52,089 bases of DNA from Anaerovoracaceae bacterium (GCA_036660615.1 JAVXAG010000001.1:1-52089), one strand, 5' to 3'. Shown: positions 1 through 9,384, counted from the stretch's first letter. The notes: generated by a model not told the origin, from the sequence alone. A program made the numbers and translations.

Positions 1-16
1 TTAGCTAAATGGTGGT

Positions 17-79
17 TTGATGATTAGGGTTCTGGTAGTGCATGGAACGGTTAGTCGTGATCTTATGAGAGTGACATAA
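17..79 (+). pseudogene. Remnant (about 20 codons) of a paralogue of the 510..713 small membrane protein gene
   Basis: nt 22..69 match nt 584..631 at 45 of 48 positions (counted by eye). The same frame reads LMIRVLVVHGTVSRDLMRVT* versus ...LMLIRDLVVHGTVSHDLMSEL... An in-frame TAG at 2..4 and a TAA at 77..79 truncate it. Confidence 0.4.
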
Positions 80-103
80 ATCTGAGGTTGTCTTATAAAA
101 ACT

Positions 104-138
104 ACCATCTGTTGCAAATATCGACCATCTGTTGCAAA
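104..138. repeat. Two perfect 15-nt direct repeats ACCATCTGTTGCAAA (104..118 and 124..138), 20-nt period
   Basis: Read directly from the sequence. The copies are separated by TATCG, and the second ends 4 nt before a -35-like hexamer. Confidence 0.9.
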
Positions 139-142
139 ACCC

Positions 143-171
143 TTGCTTTAGATTGTTATTTCATGTATGGT
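143..171 (+). promoter_or_regulatory. Putative sigma-A type promoter for the 204..419 gene
   Basis: TTGCTT (143..148), a 17-nt spacer, then TATGGT (166..171) preceded by TG at 164..165 (extended -10). It lies about 30 nt upstream of the RBS. Confidence 0.35.
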
Positions 172-203
172 GGAGATAGACAAAGAAAGGAAGGTTAGTA
201 AGA

Positions 204-419
204 ATGAAATTAATTAAAGGAATTGTTGGTTCTGCGTTATTGGTATCCTCGGCGATACTTTTTGCTACAAAATACATAGTAGCAGTGTTTGGGAACTTCG
301 GTAGTGAGTTAAAATACATGCCGATAATTTTTGATGTAATAATGTGTGGAACAGTGGTAATAGGTATATTCTTTATTGTCCAAAGTTTAATAGATGAATC
401 TTTATTTGAAAAAAAGTGA
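204..419 (+). CDS. Small hydrophobic protein, 71 aa, two predicted transmembrane helices, no recognisable family
   Basis: ATG preceded by a GAAAGGAAGG RBS. There are two long hydrophobic stretches (IVGSALLVSSAILFA, IIFDVIMCGTVVIGIFFIV). Confidence 0.6.
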   Translation: MKLIKGIVGSALLVSSAILFATKYIVAVFGNFGSELKYMPIIFDVIMCGTVVIGIFFIVQSLIDESLFEKK

Positions 420-509
420 TTTAAAATACTAGGGGTATTTATAATAATATGAGCATTTCAAAAAAGGTGGCGTGCAATAATAAAAAATTCAGTTCACAGG
501 AGGATAGAA

Positions 510-713
510 ATGAGAAAAAAGGATATCGTGTTTGGATTACAACATAGCTTTCCAGCATTAATACTGTTTATTGGGTTGATGCTGATTAGGGATCTGGTAG
601 TGCATGGAACAGTTAGTCATGATCTTATGAGTGAATTGCCAATACTTACGGTGGTGGCAATAATAGTAACATTGATGTTTGCATTTTTACATCATCGTGC
701 TAATAAAGAATAA
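510..713 (+). CDS. Small hydrophobic protein, 67 aa, two predicted transmembrane helices, no recognisable family
   Basis: ATG is 7 nt after a GGAGG RBS. Hydrophobic segments are FPALILFIGLMLI and LPILTVVAIIVTLMFAF. A paralogous remnant lies at the window start. Confidence 0.6.
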   Translation: MRKKDIVFGLQHSFPALILFIGLMLIRDLVVHGTVSHDLMSELPILTVVAIIVTLMFAFLHHRANKE

Positions 714-890
714 AACCAATTATTAAAGCAGAAGGAAGAGTACCGTCAATGTATAAGCATAGGATTATCATATTTCAAGAAAATTAAAAATAGCAATAAG
801 TATATGTAAAGTAAGAACAGAAATTACGAAGAGTATTTTTATACTGCAAAATGGTAATCTTCTCAACATTAAAATGAAAGGGGAACAGAC

Positions 891-1046
891 ATGTTAGAAA
901 ACAAACTAATATTAGCATACATTTTTATAAGTTTGATATTTGCAATTCGTATGATTTACGATATCAGAAAAAAACAGTATGCATATGCTGCTTTTATGGC
1001 AATACCGATTATAATACTAATCCTTTTGATTTTAAAACTCTATTAG
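891..1046 (+). CDS. Possible 51-aa small membrane protein (below the ORF-track size cut-off)
   Basis: ATG at 891 is preceded by GAAAGGGGAA. The translation is MLENKLILAYIFISLIFAIRMIYDIRKKQYAYAAFMAIPIIILILLILKLY*, giving two hydrophobic helices separated by a basic loop. Confidence 0.4.
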   Translation: MLENKLILAYIFISLIFAIRMIYDIRKKQYAYAAFMAIPIIILILLILKLY

Positions 1047-1246
1047 TTTTCATAAAATAGAGCAAATGACAGAATGTATTTACAACAAAAAAGGATTTCT
1101 TTTATCAACCTATTTATTAATGACAATATTTAAAAACTGTTTGCTGGGAGCTATAGTGAATTATTCGTGGAGGAGCGGCAACGACAAGGACTATCAGAAA
1201 AGGATAAAGAATGTAAGTAGAAGAAATTTGAAAGAAGGTATTTATA

Positions 1247-1834
1247 ATGAGAAGAAGAATAGCGATAATTGCTATGCTAATGCTAATATTAGCCTTGGTA
1301 GGATGTGGGACAAAAGGTGAAATCACAGAGAAATTACCTTATGACAAAGTTATATCCTACACTGAATTGCGTGCAGAGAACACTCCAGATGTACACAAGC
1401 AGCAAAGCATACTAAAGAAAGAATTAATAAAAGAAAAGGGTTTGTCTCCGGAAGATGCACAGGTTAGAATCGATAAAGGTGAGTTCCTAATGAAAACAAT
1501 AGAGTTGGGAAGAGATATAAACTATGATGAAAATAAAAAGCCCCATAAATTAACAGCAGATATAATTCTATGGCATTCTGGCGATTATTTTTCAGTATGT
1601 GGAGTAAAAAATATTAAAATTGAACCAATAACCAGTGCAATTGAGTTCGCAAATCAGACTGCATTTTATGAAAAATTGGATACTCCATTAAATAAAATAT
1701 ATGATAGAACAGAGGCAGTTAACATAACTTTAGTGGTAAATGCTGATTTAACGGACAAAGACAAGAATGAAGAGACAAAAGATTTTCAATCAGTAGCTAA
1801 AACAGTAATTGTTGATCCTATATTTGAAGAATAA
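1247..1834 (+). CDS. Lipoprotein of unknown function (195 aa)
   Basis: N-terminal signal with lipobox: MRRRIAIIAMLMLILALVGC followed by GTKGE. The remainder is hydrophilic. Confidence 0.7.
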   Translation: MRRRIAIIAMLMLILALVGCGTKGEITEKLPYDKVISYTELRAENTPDVHKQQSILKKELIKEKGLSPEDAQVRIDKGEFLMKTIELGRDINYDENKKPHKLTADIILWHSGDYFSVCGVKNIKIEPITSAIEFANQTAFYEKLDTPLNKIYDRTEAVNITLVVNADLTDKDKNEETKDFQSVAKTVIVDPIFEE

Positions 1835-1946
1835 TTACGAAAGATGGGCCTTTGCACTTGTTTGTTACTACAGAAATTTAGCTTGAAATAAAGTTAAAAA
1901 ACTATATAATATAGTAATACTCGTGAAAGGAAGACAAGTGGCAAAT

Positions 1947-2579
1947 ATGATAGAAGATAGCAATATTGCTAAGATCTTAGATACATTGGAAAATACATAC
2001 CCAGATGCAGAGTGTGCATTAAATCATAAGAATATATATCAACTGATTGTGGCGGTGGCTCTTTCAGCACAAACCACTGATAAAAGTGTTAACATAATAA
2101 CTCCAGAACTTTTTGAAAGATATCCAGATGCTTTTGCTATGGCAAAGGCAGAGGTTTCCGATATTGAAAATCTCATAAGACGTATTGGAATGTATAAAAC
2201 CAAGGCAAAGAATATTTCAGCAATGGCAAAACTGCTTGTAGAAAAATATAATGGGGAAGTCCCTAATGACTATGATAGTCTAGTTGAGTTGTCAGGAGTT
2301 GGCAGAAAAACAGCTAATGTAGTATTATCAGTTGGTTTTGGAAAACAGCGAATTGCAGTAGATACCCATGTATTTAGAGTTGCAAACAGGATAGGGCTTG
2401 TAGAAGAAAAAGACGTGCTGAAAACCGAGCTTTCATTAATGGAGCGTGTGCCAGAAGAAAGATGGTCAAAGACACATCACTCACTGATTTTTCATGGCAG
2501 AAATTGTTGCACAGCAAGAAAGCCTGATTGCGATAATTGCCCAATAGGCGATCTTTGTGAAAAAAACATTATAAAGTAG
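1947..2579 (+). CDS. nth: Endonuclease III (DNA-(apurinic or apyrimidinic site) lyase)
   Basis: HhH-GPD signature LSGVGRKTANVVL. C-terminal 4Fe-4S loop CTARKPDCDNCPIGDLC (C-X6-C-X2-C-X5-C). The start was moved from GTG 1923 to ATG 1947, which follows GAAAGGAAG. Confidence 0.93.
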   Translation: MIEDSNIAKILDTLENTYPDAECALNHKNIYQLIVAVALSAQTTDKSVNIITPELFERYPDAFAMAKAEVSDIENLIRRIGMYKTKAKNISAMAKLLVEKYNGEVPNDYDSLVELSGVGRKTANVVLSVGFGKQRIAVDTHVFRVANRIGLVEEKDVLKTELSLMERVPEERWSKTHHSLIFHGRNCCTARKPDCDNCPIGDLCEKNIIK

Positions 2580-2616
2580 ATGTAAACAGATTTTGCTAAT
2601 TAAGGATAAATAAAAA

Positions 2617-2641
2617 AGAGAATAGAAAAGTTCTACTCTCT
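2617..2641 (-). terminator. Intrinsic terminator for the hom / SEC-C operon, in the gap between convergent genes
   Basis: Hairpin AGAGAATAGAA-AAG-TTCTACTCTCT with one mismatch. An A-run at 2612..2616 gives a U-tract on the minus strand. Confidence 0.55.
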
Positions 2642-2674
2642 TGATTAATAGTTTAAGGTGCTGTCACAAACATA

Positions 2675-3172
2675 TTAGTTTGAGCCACAGCACTTTTTAT
2701 ATTTTTTGCCGCTGCCACATGGACAAGGGTCATTTCTGCCAGGTTCTTTTGCTTTTACTATTGTTCTTGAACGCTTGTAAGTTTTGACGATGTCAATTCT
2801 CTTTTCTTCTTCGATGACATCTTCCCATTCTTCCAAAGTGAAAAGGTAGTCAGCTTCAGCAACTAGCATGTTATAGAACAAATTTTCAAAGTCTACATCA
2901 AGATCTATTGCAGTATCCTCAGTAATGATTTCAAGGTCATTTTCTTCCATTAAACTTGAATTGATTCCGTCGAGAAAACCAGCAAAAATAACCTTATTGC
3001 ATTGAAATTTTTCAACTAATTCAGCAAAAGTGCCTTTTAGATGCTCGTTGTGGTTTGCTAAAATATACTTATAAATCTTTGTTTCAGTATCAGCATATTC
3101 TTTCCAGAACTCCTCAAAAGTGTCATCTGTTTGCTGGCCTATTAGGTCTTGCCATTCTTTGTATAAACTCAT
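2675..3172 (-). CDS. SEC-C metal-binding motif protein, acidic, 165 aa
   Basis: C-terminal [15 protein letters not shown], the SecA-type SEC-C zinc motif. The start codon overlaps the hom stop by 1 nt (TAATG). Confidence 0.8.
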   Translation of the reverse strand: MSLYKEWQDLIGQQTDDTFEEFWKEYADTETKIYKYILANHNEHLKGTFAELVEKFQCNKVIFAGFLDGINSSLMEENDLEIITEDTAIDLDVDFENLFYNMLVAEADYLFTLEEWEDVIEEEKRIDIVKTYKRSRTIVKAKEPGRNDPCPCGSGKKYKKCCGSN

Positions 3173-4143
3173 TATTCTACCTCCGTTTTTGCTATTGATA
3201 ATATATCACCAACTACAGCACTTCCAGTTGGAAGAGGGCCTGCGCCTTTGCCGTAGAACATTAATTCACCAGATGCGTTTCCTGTAATATATATTGCATT
3301 GTATTCATTTGAAACACCTGCAAGTGGGTGAGAGTTGTCTATTAGTGTTGGTTTTACACTGTAATATAATTTGCCATCTTCATTAGAAGCCATGGCAATA
3401 AGTTTGATTTTGCAATTTTTTGATTTTGCTTCTTCAATTTCATCCATAGTAATCTTGGTGATACCTTTTGTATGGATTGCAGTTGGTGGTATATACTGAT
3501 CAAATGCCAGCGCCATTAGTATGGACAATTTGTTGGCAACATCTATACCTTCAACGTCAGCCGTTGGATCAGCTTCAGCAAAACCTTTTGCTTGAGCATC
3601 TTTTAGTACATCATTATAATCAAGTCCTTGGTCTGTCATTTTAGTCAAAATATAATTTGTTGTTCCATTTAGAATACCCATAATTTCAAGAAATTCATTT
3701 CCTTGTAATGCTCCTGTGATTGCAGTAAGTGCAGGGATTGCACCTCCGACACTTGCTTCAAATTTAAATGAAACGCCATTATTTTTAGCAGTTTCCACAA
3801 GCTTTGGATAATTTGCTGCAACAGCTGCTTTGTTGGCAGTTACAACATGTTTTCCATTTCTCATTGCAGTAAGCATAAATGATGTGGCAGGTTCAATGCC
3901 ACCAATTGCTTCAACTACAATATCAATTTCAGGGTTACATAGAATTTCGTCAGGATCAGTAGTCAAAAGATATGGACTAACGTCAATTAATCTTTTCTTT
4001 GACATAGAACGTTGTAGTATTTTTGTTACCTCAACATTTTTACCGATTCTCTTTTGGATAATTTCTTTATTCGTTGACAAAATCTTATAAGTGCCAGCAC
4101 CTACGTTGCCTAAGCCTAACAAGCCAATTTTTACTGTTTTCAT
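3172..4143 (-). CDS. hom: Homoserine dehydrogenase, short form without a C-terminal ACT domain (323 aa)
   Basis: N-terminal Rossmann motif [12 protein letters not shown]. Catalytic-domain motifs [16 protein letters not shown] and [12 protein letters not shown] are present. Confidence 0.88.
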   Translation of the reverse strand: MKTVKIGLLGLGNVGAGTYKILSTNKEIIQKRIGKNVEVTKILQRSMSKKRLIDVSPYLLTTDPDEILCNPEIDIVVEAIGGIEPATSFMLTAMRNGKHVVTANKAAVAANYPKLVETAKNNGVSFKFEASVGGAIPALTAITGALQGNEFLEIMGILNGTTNYILTKMTDQGLDYNDVLKDAQAKGFAEADPTADVEGIDVANKLSILMALAFDQYIPPTAIHTKGITKITMDEIEEAKSKNCKIKLIAMASNEDGKLYYSVKPTLIDNSHPLAGVSNEYNAIYITGNASGELMFYGKGAGPLPTGSAVVGDILSIAKTEVE

Positions 4144-4267
4144 TATTACCTCCAGGTTAGAATTTTAACATCGATAAAAATTATATACCATATAATCAAA
4201 TTTGTCTTTATTAATTTGCAAAAAAATATTATGATAGTAGTATAAAGTTAAAAAAAGGAGAGAATTT

Positions 4268-4738
4268 ATGTCATTACATATAGTTTTTGTGGAACCTGAG
4301 ATTCCACCTAATACAGGAAATATTGCAAGGAGCTGTGCAGCGACAGATACAAAACTTCATTTAGTAGAGCCACTGGGCTTTTCTTTAGATGAAAAAAGTC
4401 TAAAACGTGCAGGACTTGATTATTGGCAGCATGTCAATGTGGAAGTACACCCAAGTCTTGAACAATTTATGGAACAATATAAGGACAAAAATATGTACCT
4501 TGCCACGACAAAAGGCGGACATATTTATACAGAGGTACAGTATAAGGACGAAGATATGTTGCTCTTCGGCAAAGAAACCGCAGGACTTCCAAGAGATTTT
4601 ATAGAGGCGCACAAAGAAAATGCCATTAGAATACCAATGAGTGAAAGTACTAGACTAAGATCATTCAATTTATCAAACTCGGCAAATATAATTTTATTTG
4701 AAGCTTTGAGACAATTAGGCTTCCCAGGGTTGAAATAA
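4268..4738 (+). CDS. trmL: SpoU/TrmH-family tRNA (cytidine/uridine-2'-O-)-methyltransferase, TrmL-like (156 aa)
   Basis: Single-domain SPOUT protein of TrmL size. Motifs include PEIPPNTGNIARSC, LLFGKETAGLP and LNLSNSANIILFEAL. Confidence 0.85.
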   Translation: MSLHIVFVEPEIPPNTGNIARSCAATDTKLHLVEPLGFSLDEKSLKRAGLDYWQHVNVEVHPSLEQFMEQYKDKNMYLATTKGGHIYTEVQYKDEDMLLFGKETAGLPRDFIEAHKENAIRIPMSESTRLRSFNLSNSANIILFEALRQLGFPGLK

Positions 4739-4788
4739 AACTTTATTATGGTATACTATTTGCATAGAGTGAATTTGTAGAGGTATAT

Positions 4789-6210
4789 ATGAAACTAAGT
4801 TATGATTTGACAATTGAACAGACACAGAAACTGTCAATGACTCCAGAGTTAATACAGGCAATCCAAATTTTGCAGTTTAACAACATGGAGTTAGATTCTT
4901 TTGTGGAAAATGAGCTTTTAGAGAACCCAATACTCGAAGTAGGCAAACAAAAAGAAACTGACAAAGATGAGCCTTCTGATATGGGTTACGAAGAACCAAT
5001 ATCCGAAAAAAACGAAGAAAAAGAGATAGACCTTCGAGAAAAAATCAAAGAAGCGGAATATGATGACATCAGTTATAAACAGTGGGAATACAAATCTACC
5101 CCAGATGATGAATACACTTTTGAGCAGTTTGTTTCCAAAGAAACAACCCTTGATGATTATATGATGTCGCAACTTCAATTTACAAAATTGAAAGGCAAAA
5201 GACTTTTGATTGGGAAATACATAATCGAAGCATTAGATGATAATGGCTATTTGACAGTTACAGTTGAAGAAATTTCCCAGGCAATAAAATGCTCTGTGGA
5301 GGAAGTAGAAGACGTTCTGGATGTTATCCAAACTTTTGAGCCTACTGGTGTAGCTGCTCGTGACCTAAGAGAATGTCTTATTATTCAGCTTGCCTCAAAA
5401 GGGGAGTTGACTGAGGAAATTGAATATATTATAAATGAAATGCTAGAAGATTTGGCAAACAATAAGATAGCAAATATTGCTAAGACAGTAGGTTTGACTA
5501 CTTCAGAAGTGCAGGAAATTTGTGATGCCATAAAAAGACTTGAACCAAAACCAGGGAGAGAATTTTCCAATGGGGAATCCACAAGGTACGTTGTACCGGA
5601 TATCTTTGTTGAAAAAATAAATAATGAGTACATAGTATCTACTAACGAATCAAGTGTACCACAACTTATGGTTAGTTCCTATTATAACAAGTTGACGGAG
5701 CAAGCCAATACAGACCCAGAACTTAACAAATATCTTAATGATAGATTTAATTCTGCTATTTGGCTAATAAAAAGTATAGAACAGAGAAAACAAACTATAT
5801 TTAATGTTGCTAGTGCAGTGGTAAAATACCAGAATGAGTTCTTCGACAAAGGAGAAAAATTTCTAAAGACATTAACTCTAAAACAAATAGCGGACGAAGT
5901 AGGTGTACATGAATCCACCGTAAGTCGTTCTATTAATGGGAAATACATGCAAAGTCCACGAGGAGTATTTGAGATGAAATACTTTTTCTCAAGTGGTATT
6001 TCAAACGATGAGGGCGTAGGCGTTTCATCAAACAGCATCAAGTCATTTATAAAAGAAATAATTGACAGCGAAGACCCTAAAAAACCATACAGTGACCAAG
6101 ATATGGTGGAAATGTTAGCAGACAAAGGTATGGAAATTTCCAGAAGAACTGTGGCTAAATATAGAGAGGGTATGAAAATCCTGTCTTCATCAAAGAGAAG
6201 ACGTTTCTAA
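4789..6210 (+). CDS. rpoN: RNA polymerase sigma-54 factor
   Basis: Region I LSMTPELIQAIQILQ, an acidic region II, the HTH QIADEVGVHESTVSRSINGKYM and the RpoN box SRRTVAKYRE. Confidence 0.95.
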   Translation: MKLSYDLTIEQTQKLSMTPELIQAIQILQFNNMELDSFVENELLENPILEVGKQKETDKDEPSDMGYEEPISEKNEEKEIDLREKIKEAEYDDISYKQWEYKSTPDDEYTFEQFVSKETTLDDYMMSQLQFTKLKGKRLLIGKYIIEALDDNGYLTVTVEEISQAIKCSVEEVEDVLDVIQTFEPTGVAARDLRECLIIQLASKGELTEEIEYIINEMLEDLANNKIANIAKTVGLTTSEVQEICDAIKRLEPKPGREFSNGESTRYVVPDIFVEKINNEYIVSTNESSVPQLMVSSYYNKLTEQANTDPELNKYLNDRFNSAIWLIKSIEQRKQTIFNVASAVVKYQNEFFDKGEKFLKTLTLKQIADEVGVHESTVSRSINGKYMQSPRGVFEMKYFFSSGISNDEGVGVSSNSIKSFIKEIIDSEDPKKPYSDQDMVEMLADKGMEISRRTVAKYREGMKILSSSKRRRF

Positions 6211-6281
6211 AATCGTATTAATTTAATTATTAATAAATAAATTACATTTAAACTAATTATTAATTCAAGGAGGAAAGAGAG

Positions 6282-7298
6282 ATGGCAATTAAAGTTGGTA
6301 TTAGTGGTTTCGGAAGGATAGGCAGAGTGGTAATTCGTGCTGCTATGGATATGCCGGAGATTGAAATTGTAGGAATTAACGTTCGTAACGCAGATTTTGA
6401 TTATCTGGTTTATATGTTAAAGTACGACAGTACATTTGGGAGATTTCCAAAGAGCCTAGACACATATGAAAAAGGAATTGTTATAGACGGTAAAAAAATT
6501 CCAGTATATGGCGAATCAGAAGCAATTAATATCCCATGGAAAGATTGTGGAGCAGAGTACATAGTGGAGGCAACTGGGGCATATGTAACTACAGAAAAAT
6601 CCATGGATCACGTAAAAGCAGGAGCAAAGAAAGTTGTTATTTCAGCACCAGCAAAAGATAAGGAAACACCTACTTTTGTATATGGTGTTAACCATACTGA
6701 CTATACAACAGATATGCACGTTATTTCAAACGCGTCATGTACAACAAACTGTTTGGCACCACTTTGTAAGGTGTTAGAAGATAACTTTGGAATCGACCAA
6801 GGTTTAATGTCTACAATTCATTCAGCAACATCAAAACAAAAAGTAGTTGATGCTCGTTCAATGAAGGATTGGAGAACAGGAAGATCAGTATTTGGCAATA
6901 TTATACCTTCAACTACAGGTGCAGCAAAAGCTGTTGGACTTGTAATCCCTTCATTAAAAGGAAAAATGACAGGAATTTCATATAGAATACCTACTGCTGA
7001 TGTATCAGTTGTAGATTTAAACGTAGTTCTAAAAAAGGAAACTTCATATGAAGAAATCTGTAAAAAGGTTAAAGAAGCTTCTGAAACATTCCTAAAAGGC
7101 GTTATTGAATATGTTGATGATGAAGTAGTTTCAGGCGATTTCATAGGAGATCCATGTACATCAATATTTGATGCAAGAGAAGGAATGGAACTTAATAGCA
7201 AGTTCTTTAAGTTGATTTCATTCTACGATAACGAGTATGGATATTCCAGCAAAACACTTGAATTGATTAAATATATGGAAAGTGTTGATAATAAATAA
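6282..7298 (+). CDS. gap: Glyceraldehyde-3-phosphate dehydrogenase, type I
   Basis: NAD-binding motif GISGFGRIGR, active site SNASCTTNCLAP, length 338 aa. Confidence 0.97.
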   Translation: MAIKVGISGFGRIGRVVIRAAMDMPEIEIVGINVRNADFDYLVYMLKYDSTFGRFPKSLDTYEKGIVIDGKKIPVYGESEAINIPWKDCGAEYIVEATGAYVTTEKSMDHVKAGAKKVVISAPAKDKETPTFVYGVNHTDYTTDMHVISNASCTTNCLAPLCKVLEDNFGIDQGLMSTIHSATSKQKVVDARSMKDWRTGRSVFGNIIPSTTGAAKAVGLVIPSLKGKMTGISYRIPTADVSVVDLNVVLKKETSYEEICKKVKEASETFLKGVIEYVDDEVVSGDFIGDPCTSIFDAREGMELNSKFFKLISFYDNEYGYSSKTLELIKYMESVDNK

Positions 7299-7326
7299 TA
7301 AATAAATTAAAAGAAGGGTCTTTAAA

Positions 7327-8511
7327 ATGAAAAAAACTATTAGAGATATTCATGTTAAAGGAAAAAGAGTCCTAGTAAGGTGCGACTTTAACGTTCCACA
7401 AAAGGACGGCGTAATAACTGACGATATTAGAATCACTGCAGCATTACCAACAATTAATTATTTAGTTGAAAACGGAGCTAAAGTTATTTTGATGTCACAT
7501 CTTGGCAGACCAGAGGGTGAAGCAAATATGAAATTCACTCTTAAACCAGTCGCTGACAGACTTTCTGAGTTGCTAAAACAGAAAATCACGTTTATTAGTT
7601 GTGATAAAGTTGTCGATGATAAAGTCAAAGAGGCAGCATTTAATCTACAAGACGGACAAGTTATGCTACTAGAAAATGTCAGATTTAGAAAAGAAGAAAC
7701 AAAAAACGGTGCAGATTTTGCAAAGGAACTTGCTTCCCTTGGAGAGGTTTTTGTACAAGAGGCATTTGGAACGGCCCATAGAGCACATGCATCTACTGCA
7801 GGAGTAGCAGATTATTTACCTGCTGTTTCAGGGTTCTTGATTGAAAAAGAAGTGCAGTTCCTTGGAAGCGCAATAGAAAACCCAGAGAGACCATTTGTAG
7901 CAATTATGGGTGGAGCAAAAGTCGGAGACAAGATTCCGGTAATAGAAAACCTACTAAAAAAAGTAGACGTTCTTATTATTGGAGGGGGCATGGCGTATAC
8001 TTTCTTCAAAGCAATGGGGTTTGAAATAGGAAAATCAATTTTAGATGCTGATAATGTTTTACTTGCAAAAGAGTTAATAGAAAAGGCAAAAACTGCGGGA
8101 GTTGACTTAATGTTACCTGTTGACGTTATTGCTGCTAAAGAATTTAGCAATGATGCTGAGTTTGCAATATACGACAGAGATAAGATTCCAGAAGATATGA
8201 TGGGATTAGATATCGGTCCAAAAACAGTTGAGCAATTGTTGGTAGTTCTAAATAAGGCAAAGACAGTTGTATGGAATGGACCAGTAGGCGTATTTGAAAT
8301 GCCAAACTTCGCACAAGGGACTGAGGCAATAGCCAAAGCTCTAGCAAGTAGCAAAGCAATAACTGTAATTGGTGGTGGAGATTCAGCTGCAGCAGTAGAA
8401 CAATTTGGTCTAGCTGACAAGATGACTCACATATCCACTGGTGGTGGTGCTTCATTGGAATTCCTAGAAGGCAAGATTTTACCTGGAATTGCAGTAATTG
8501 AAGACAAATAG
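7327..8511 (+). CDS. pgk: Phosphoglycerate kinase
   Basis: Canonical [22 protein letters not shown] and STGGGASLE motifs. Confidence 0.97.
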   Translation: MKKTIRDIHVKGKRVLVRCDFNVPQKDGVITDDIRITAALPTINYLVENGAKVILMSHLGRPEGEANMKFTLKPVADRLSELLKQKITFISCDKVVDDKVKEAAFNLQDGQVMLLENVRFRKEETKNGADFAKELASLGEVFVQEAFGTAHRAHASTAGVADYLPAVSGFLIEKEVQFLGSAIENPERPFVAIMGGAKVGDKIPVIENLLKKVDVLIIGGGMAYTFFKAMGFEIGKSILDADNVLLAKELIEKAKTAGVDLMLPVDVIAAKEFSNDAEFAIYDRDKIPEDMMGLDIGPKTVEQLLVVLNKAKTVVWNGPVGVFEMPNFAQGTEAIAKALASSKAITVIGGGDSAAAVEQFGLADKMTHISTGGGASLEFLEGKILPGIAVIEDK

Positions 8512-8525
8512 AAAGAGGTTAAACG

Positions 8526-9275
8526 ATGAGAATTCCATTTATAGCAGGAAACTGGAAAATGTTCAAAACAAACAGAGAAGCACTAGAATTTGCTGAAGAA
8601 TTTAAAGCTTTATATAAAGGTACTGATGTAAAGGCGGCAATATGTGCTCCATATACACAGTTACAAACTTTGGTGGAAGCATTCAAAGGAACAAAGGTAG
8701 GTGTGGGCGCACAAAATGTCCATTTTGAAACAGAAGGAGCTTTTACGGGAGAAATTTCCGTTGAAATGCTAAAAGAAATTGGCGTGGACTATTGTATCGT
8801 TGGTCACTCTGAAAGAAGACAGTATTTTAATGAGACTGATGCTACGGTAAACCTAAAGTTAAAAAAACTGTTGAGAGACAGCCAGATTACGCCAATCCTT
8901 TGTGTTGGAGAAGTTCTTGAGCAAAGAGAAAAGGCTATTGAGAATAGTATAGTAAGTGGTCAATTAAAAGCAGCACTTGAAGGTATTTCTGGAGAAGAAG
9001 CAAAGAAGGTTGTTATTGCATATGAACCAATATGGGCAATAGGGACTGGAAAGACTGCATCCCCAGAGCAGGCAAACCAGATGTGTGCTTGTATCAGAGA
9101 AACTTTGGAGTCGTTATATGATGAAGAAATCTCCGATGAAATTACTATTCAATATGGCGGAAGTGTAAAAGCAGAAAATGCTACAGAGATTATGAACATG
9201 GAAGAAATAGATGGCGCTCTTGTCGGCGGAGCTAGTTTGAATCCGTCCAAATTTATGGATATAGTTAATTTTTAG
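8526..9275 (+). CDS. tpiA: Triosephosphate isomerase
   Basis: Motifs AGNWKM, GHSERR and AYEPIWAIGTGKTA. Confidence 0.97.
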   Translation: MRIPFIAGNWKMFKTNREALEFAEEFKALYKGTDVKAAICAPYTQLQTLVEAFKGTKVGVGAQNVHFETEGAFTGEISVEMLKEIGVDYCIVGHSERRQYFNETDATVNLKLKKLLRDSQITPILCVGEVLEQREKAIENSIVSGQLKAALEGISGEEAKKVVIAYEPIWAIGTGKTASPEQANQMCACIRETLESLYDEEISDEITIQYGGSVKAENATEIMNMEEIDGALVGGASLNPSKFMDIVNF

Positions 9276-9384
9276 TTAAAAAATCTTTTGTTAACATAAT
9301 AACAAGGCATTTATGTAAAATAATTCTTGATTTTTATAATGTCATATGTTAAAGTTAAAGAGTTGAAATACGAGGAGGTACGAG

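Noticed and set aside
449-547. 32-codon ORF (MSISKKVACNNKKF...) between the first two mini-protein genes, considered as a possible bacteriocin-like peptide
   Set aside because: It has no double-glycine or other leader, has poor RBS spacing, and overlaps the RBS and start of the 510..713 gene.
1066-1326. Overlapping ORFs of 84 aa (+) and 69 aa (-) upstream of and overlapping the lipoprotein gene
   Set aside because: There is no RBS, they overlap the well-supported lipoprotein start, and the translations look non-protein-like.
6754-6769. TGGCAC-CACT-TTGTA, which resembles a sigma-54 -24/-12 promoter and lies close to rpoN
   Set aside because: It lies inside the gap coding sequence (the conserved Cys active-site region), and the critical -12 GC is GT. 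It is most likely a coincidence of codon usage.
5385-8455. Multiple long antisense or alternate-frame ORFs inside rpoN, gap and pgk (for example 5682..6125, 6818..7201, 7812..8420), with similar ones inside hppA, pepF, the activase gene and polA
   Set aside because: Each is fully embedded in a gene with unambiguous homology. They have low-complexity, S/I/F-rich translations typical of antisense frames in AT-rich DNA, and no RBS.
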